The notes beneath the pieces were generated by a model, which was not told the DNA's origin, searched no databases, and worked only from the letters and a program-made list of their open reading frames with translations. A DNA stretch of 15,234 bases, from contig JALVPN010000080.1 in the NCBI GenBank assembly GCA_027031765.1, positions 1 to 15,234 on the forward strand, read 5' to 3'. Below are positions 14,740 to 15,234 of the stretch, in pieces (position 1 is the first letter of the stretch; each line of letters opens with the position of its first letter). This DNA is from Promethearchaeota archaeon. GTDB taxonomy: Archaea; Asgardarchaeota; Thorarchaeia; Thorarchaeales; Thorarchaeaceae. A program made the translations under genes and the position numbers.

Positions 14740-15107
14740 TCTACCACGGGCGAGCACTACCAGTCCTACCATGCCACCTGTGCTCAGTGCTACCGCGCCA
14801 GCCATGAGCACCACGGGTGGCAGCCCTCTTCATCAGGTGTGGGGTCGTTCCGGGGCCCGGGCATTTGCGGTCAGGAGGCCCAGCAGAGTGGTACTCTGCC
14901 CCCAGTAGTGGTGTCTGGCTAGTCCCAGTACGTGCGACGCAGGTGGTCCACACTGAATGGCTGCGTACTCCTCACCCCTGGCCTCCTGTATGTTGCTGTG
15001 CGCACCCTGCTGACCGCTGCTGGCCTGTCGTGTGGAGCTGCACAAAACCACAGCTATCCTTATGAGATATGTTTATGACTGCATTGTTACCGTTTGGTGG
15101 CCTGACC

Positions 15108-15234
15108 ATGCAGATTGACGACTTTGAGTTCGAAGAGGAAATGACACACGCGGCTCTTGCAGAGTTCTTGACGAGAATTGCTGAGGACATCAGCAGGGGT
15201 GAGAAGGTCGAGGTCCAGATGCCGAGCCTCCGTG
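15108..15234 (+). CDS. Small protein, amphi-Trp-domain-like, truncated at the window end
   Basis: My own translation (not in the ORF track): MQIDDFEFEEEMTHAALAEFLTRIAEDISRGEKVEVQMPSLR, with an F/E-rich strand followed by an amphipathic helix (AEFLTRIAEDISRG). TTTATG at 15072-15077 is a candidate TATA box. Confidence 0.55.
   Translation, partial: MQIDDFEFEEEMTHAALAEFLTRIAEDISRGEKVEVQMPSLR

Noticed and set aside
14741-14833. Minus-strand 30-aa ORF with three Trp codons upstream of trpS (MKRAATRGAHGWRGSTEHRWHGRTGSARPW) as a Trp attenuation leader peptide
   Set aside because: The Trp codons are not clustered, the ORF lies upstream of the apparent trpS TATA box (14649-14644), and three TGG codons in one of many GC-rich frames can arise by chance.
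14737-15051. In-frame TGA TGA at 14835-14830 joining ORF 14833..15051 to a hydrophobic tail, as selenocysteine readthrough
   Set aside because: The joined product resembles no selenoprotein, there is no redox motif context, and I see no recognisable SECIS element.
14650-15060. SRP RNA or RNase P RNA (partial GGAAGGGAG, GGCGCGGTAGC and GAGGA matches)
   Set aside because: The SRP helix-8 stem does not form, the spacing is wrong, and the RNase P conserved regions do not match properly.
14972-15190. 72-aa minus-strand ORF
   Set aside because: It is antisense to the more protein-like plus-strand gene at 15108 and overlaps its AT-rich promoter.

Overview
GC-rich archaeal chromosomal window with no mobile elements, CRISPR arrays, rRNA or tRNA genes that I can support. 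It has TATA-like boxes, GGTGA/GGTGAGG ribosome-binding sites and an archaeal/eukaryal-type TrpRS. The gene content suggests an Asgard archaeon, possibly Thorarchaeota (inference). Left arm (minus strand): subtilase, MFS transporter, PHP/HisJ-family phosphatase, soluble TPR protein, membrane-anchored TPR protein, and a GH36-like protein truncated at the window edge. Centre (plus strand): a 976-aa P-type ATPase, a membrane-anchored protein of about 11 tandem winged-helix-like repeats, and panB. Right end: a DUF1858 CxxC protein and trpS (both minus), about 410 nt of unexplained DNA, and the start of a small amphi-Trp-like gene. The most interesting part is 4878-12026, where three membrane proteins each resemble a component of eukaryotic secretory-pathway machinery. 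(1) The subtilase follows Site-1 protease (MBTPS1/SKI-1) through its C-terminal domains, but has an N-terminal anchor and no prodomain. (2) The pump has a SERCA-like scaffold and intact catalytic motifs, but PINIP replaces PEGLP in M4 and His replaces the M6 Asp. (3) The winged-helix array resembles UFL1, with a DDRGK1-like N-terminal anchor. All similarity calls are by eye against sequences recalled from memory and need database confirmation.
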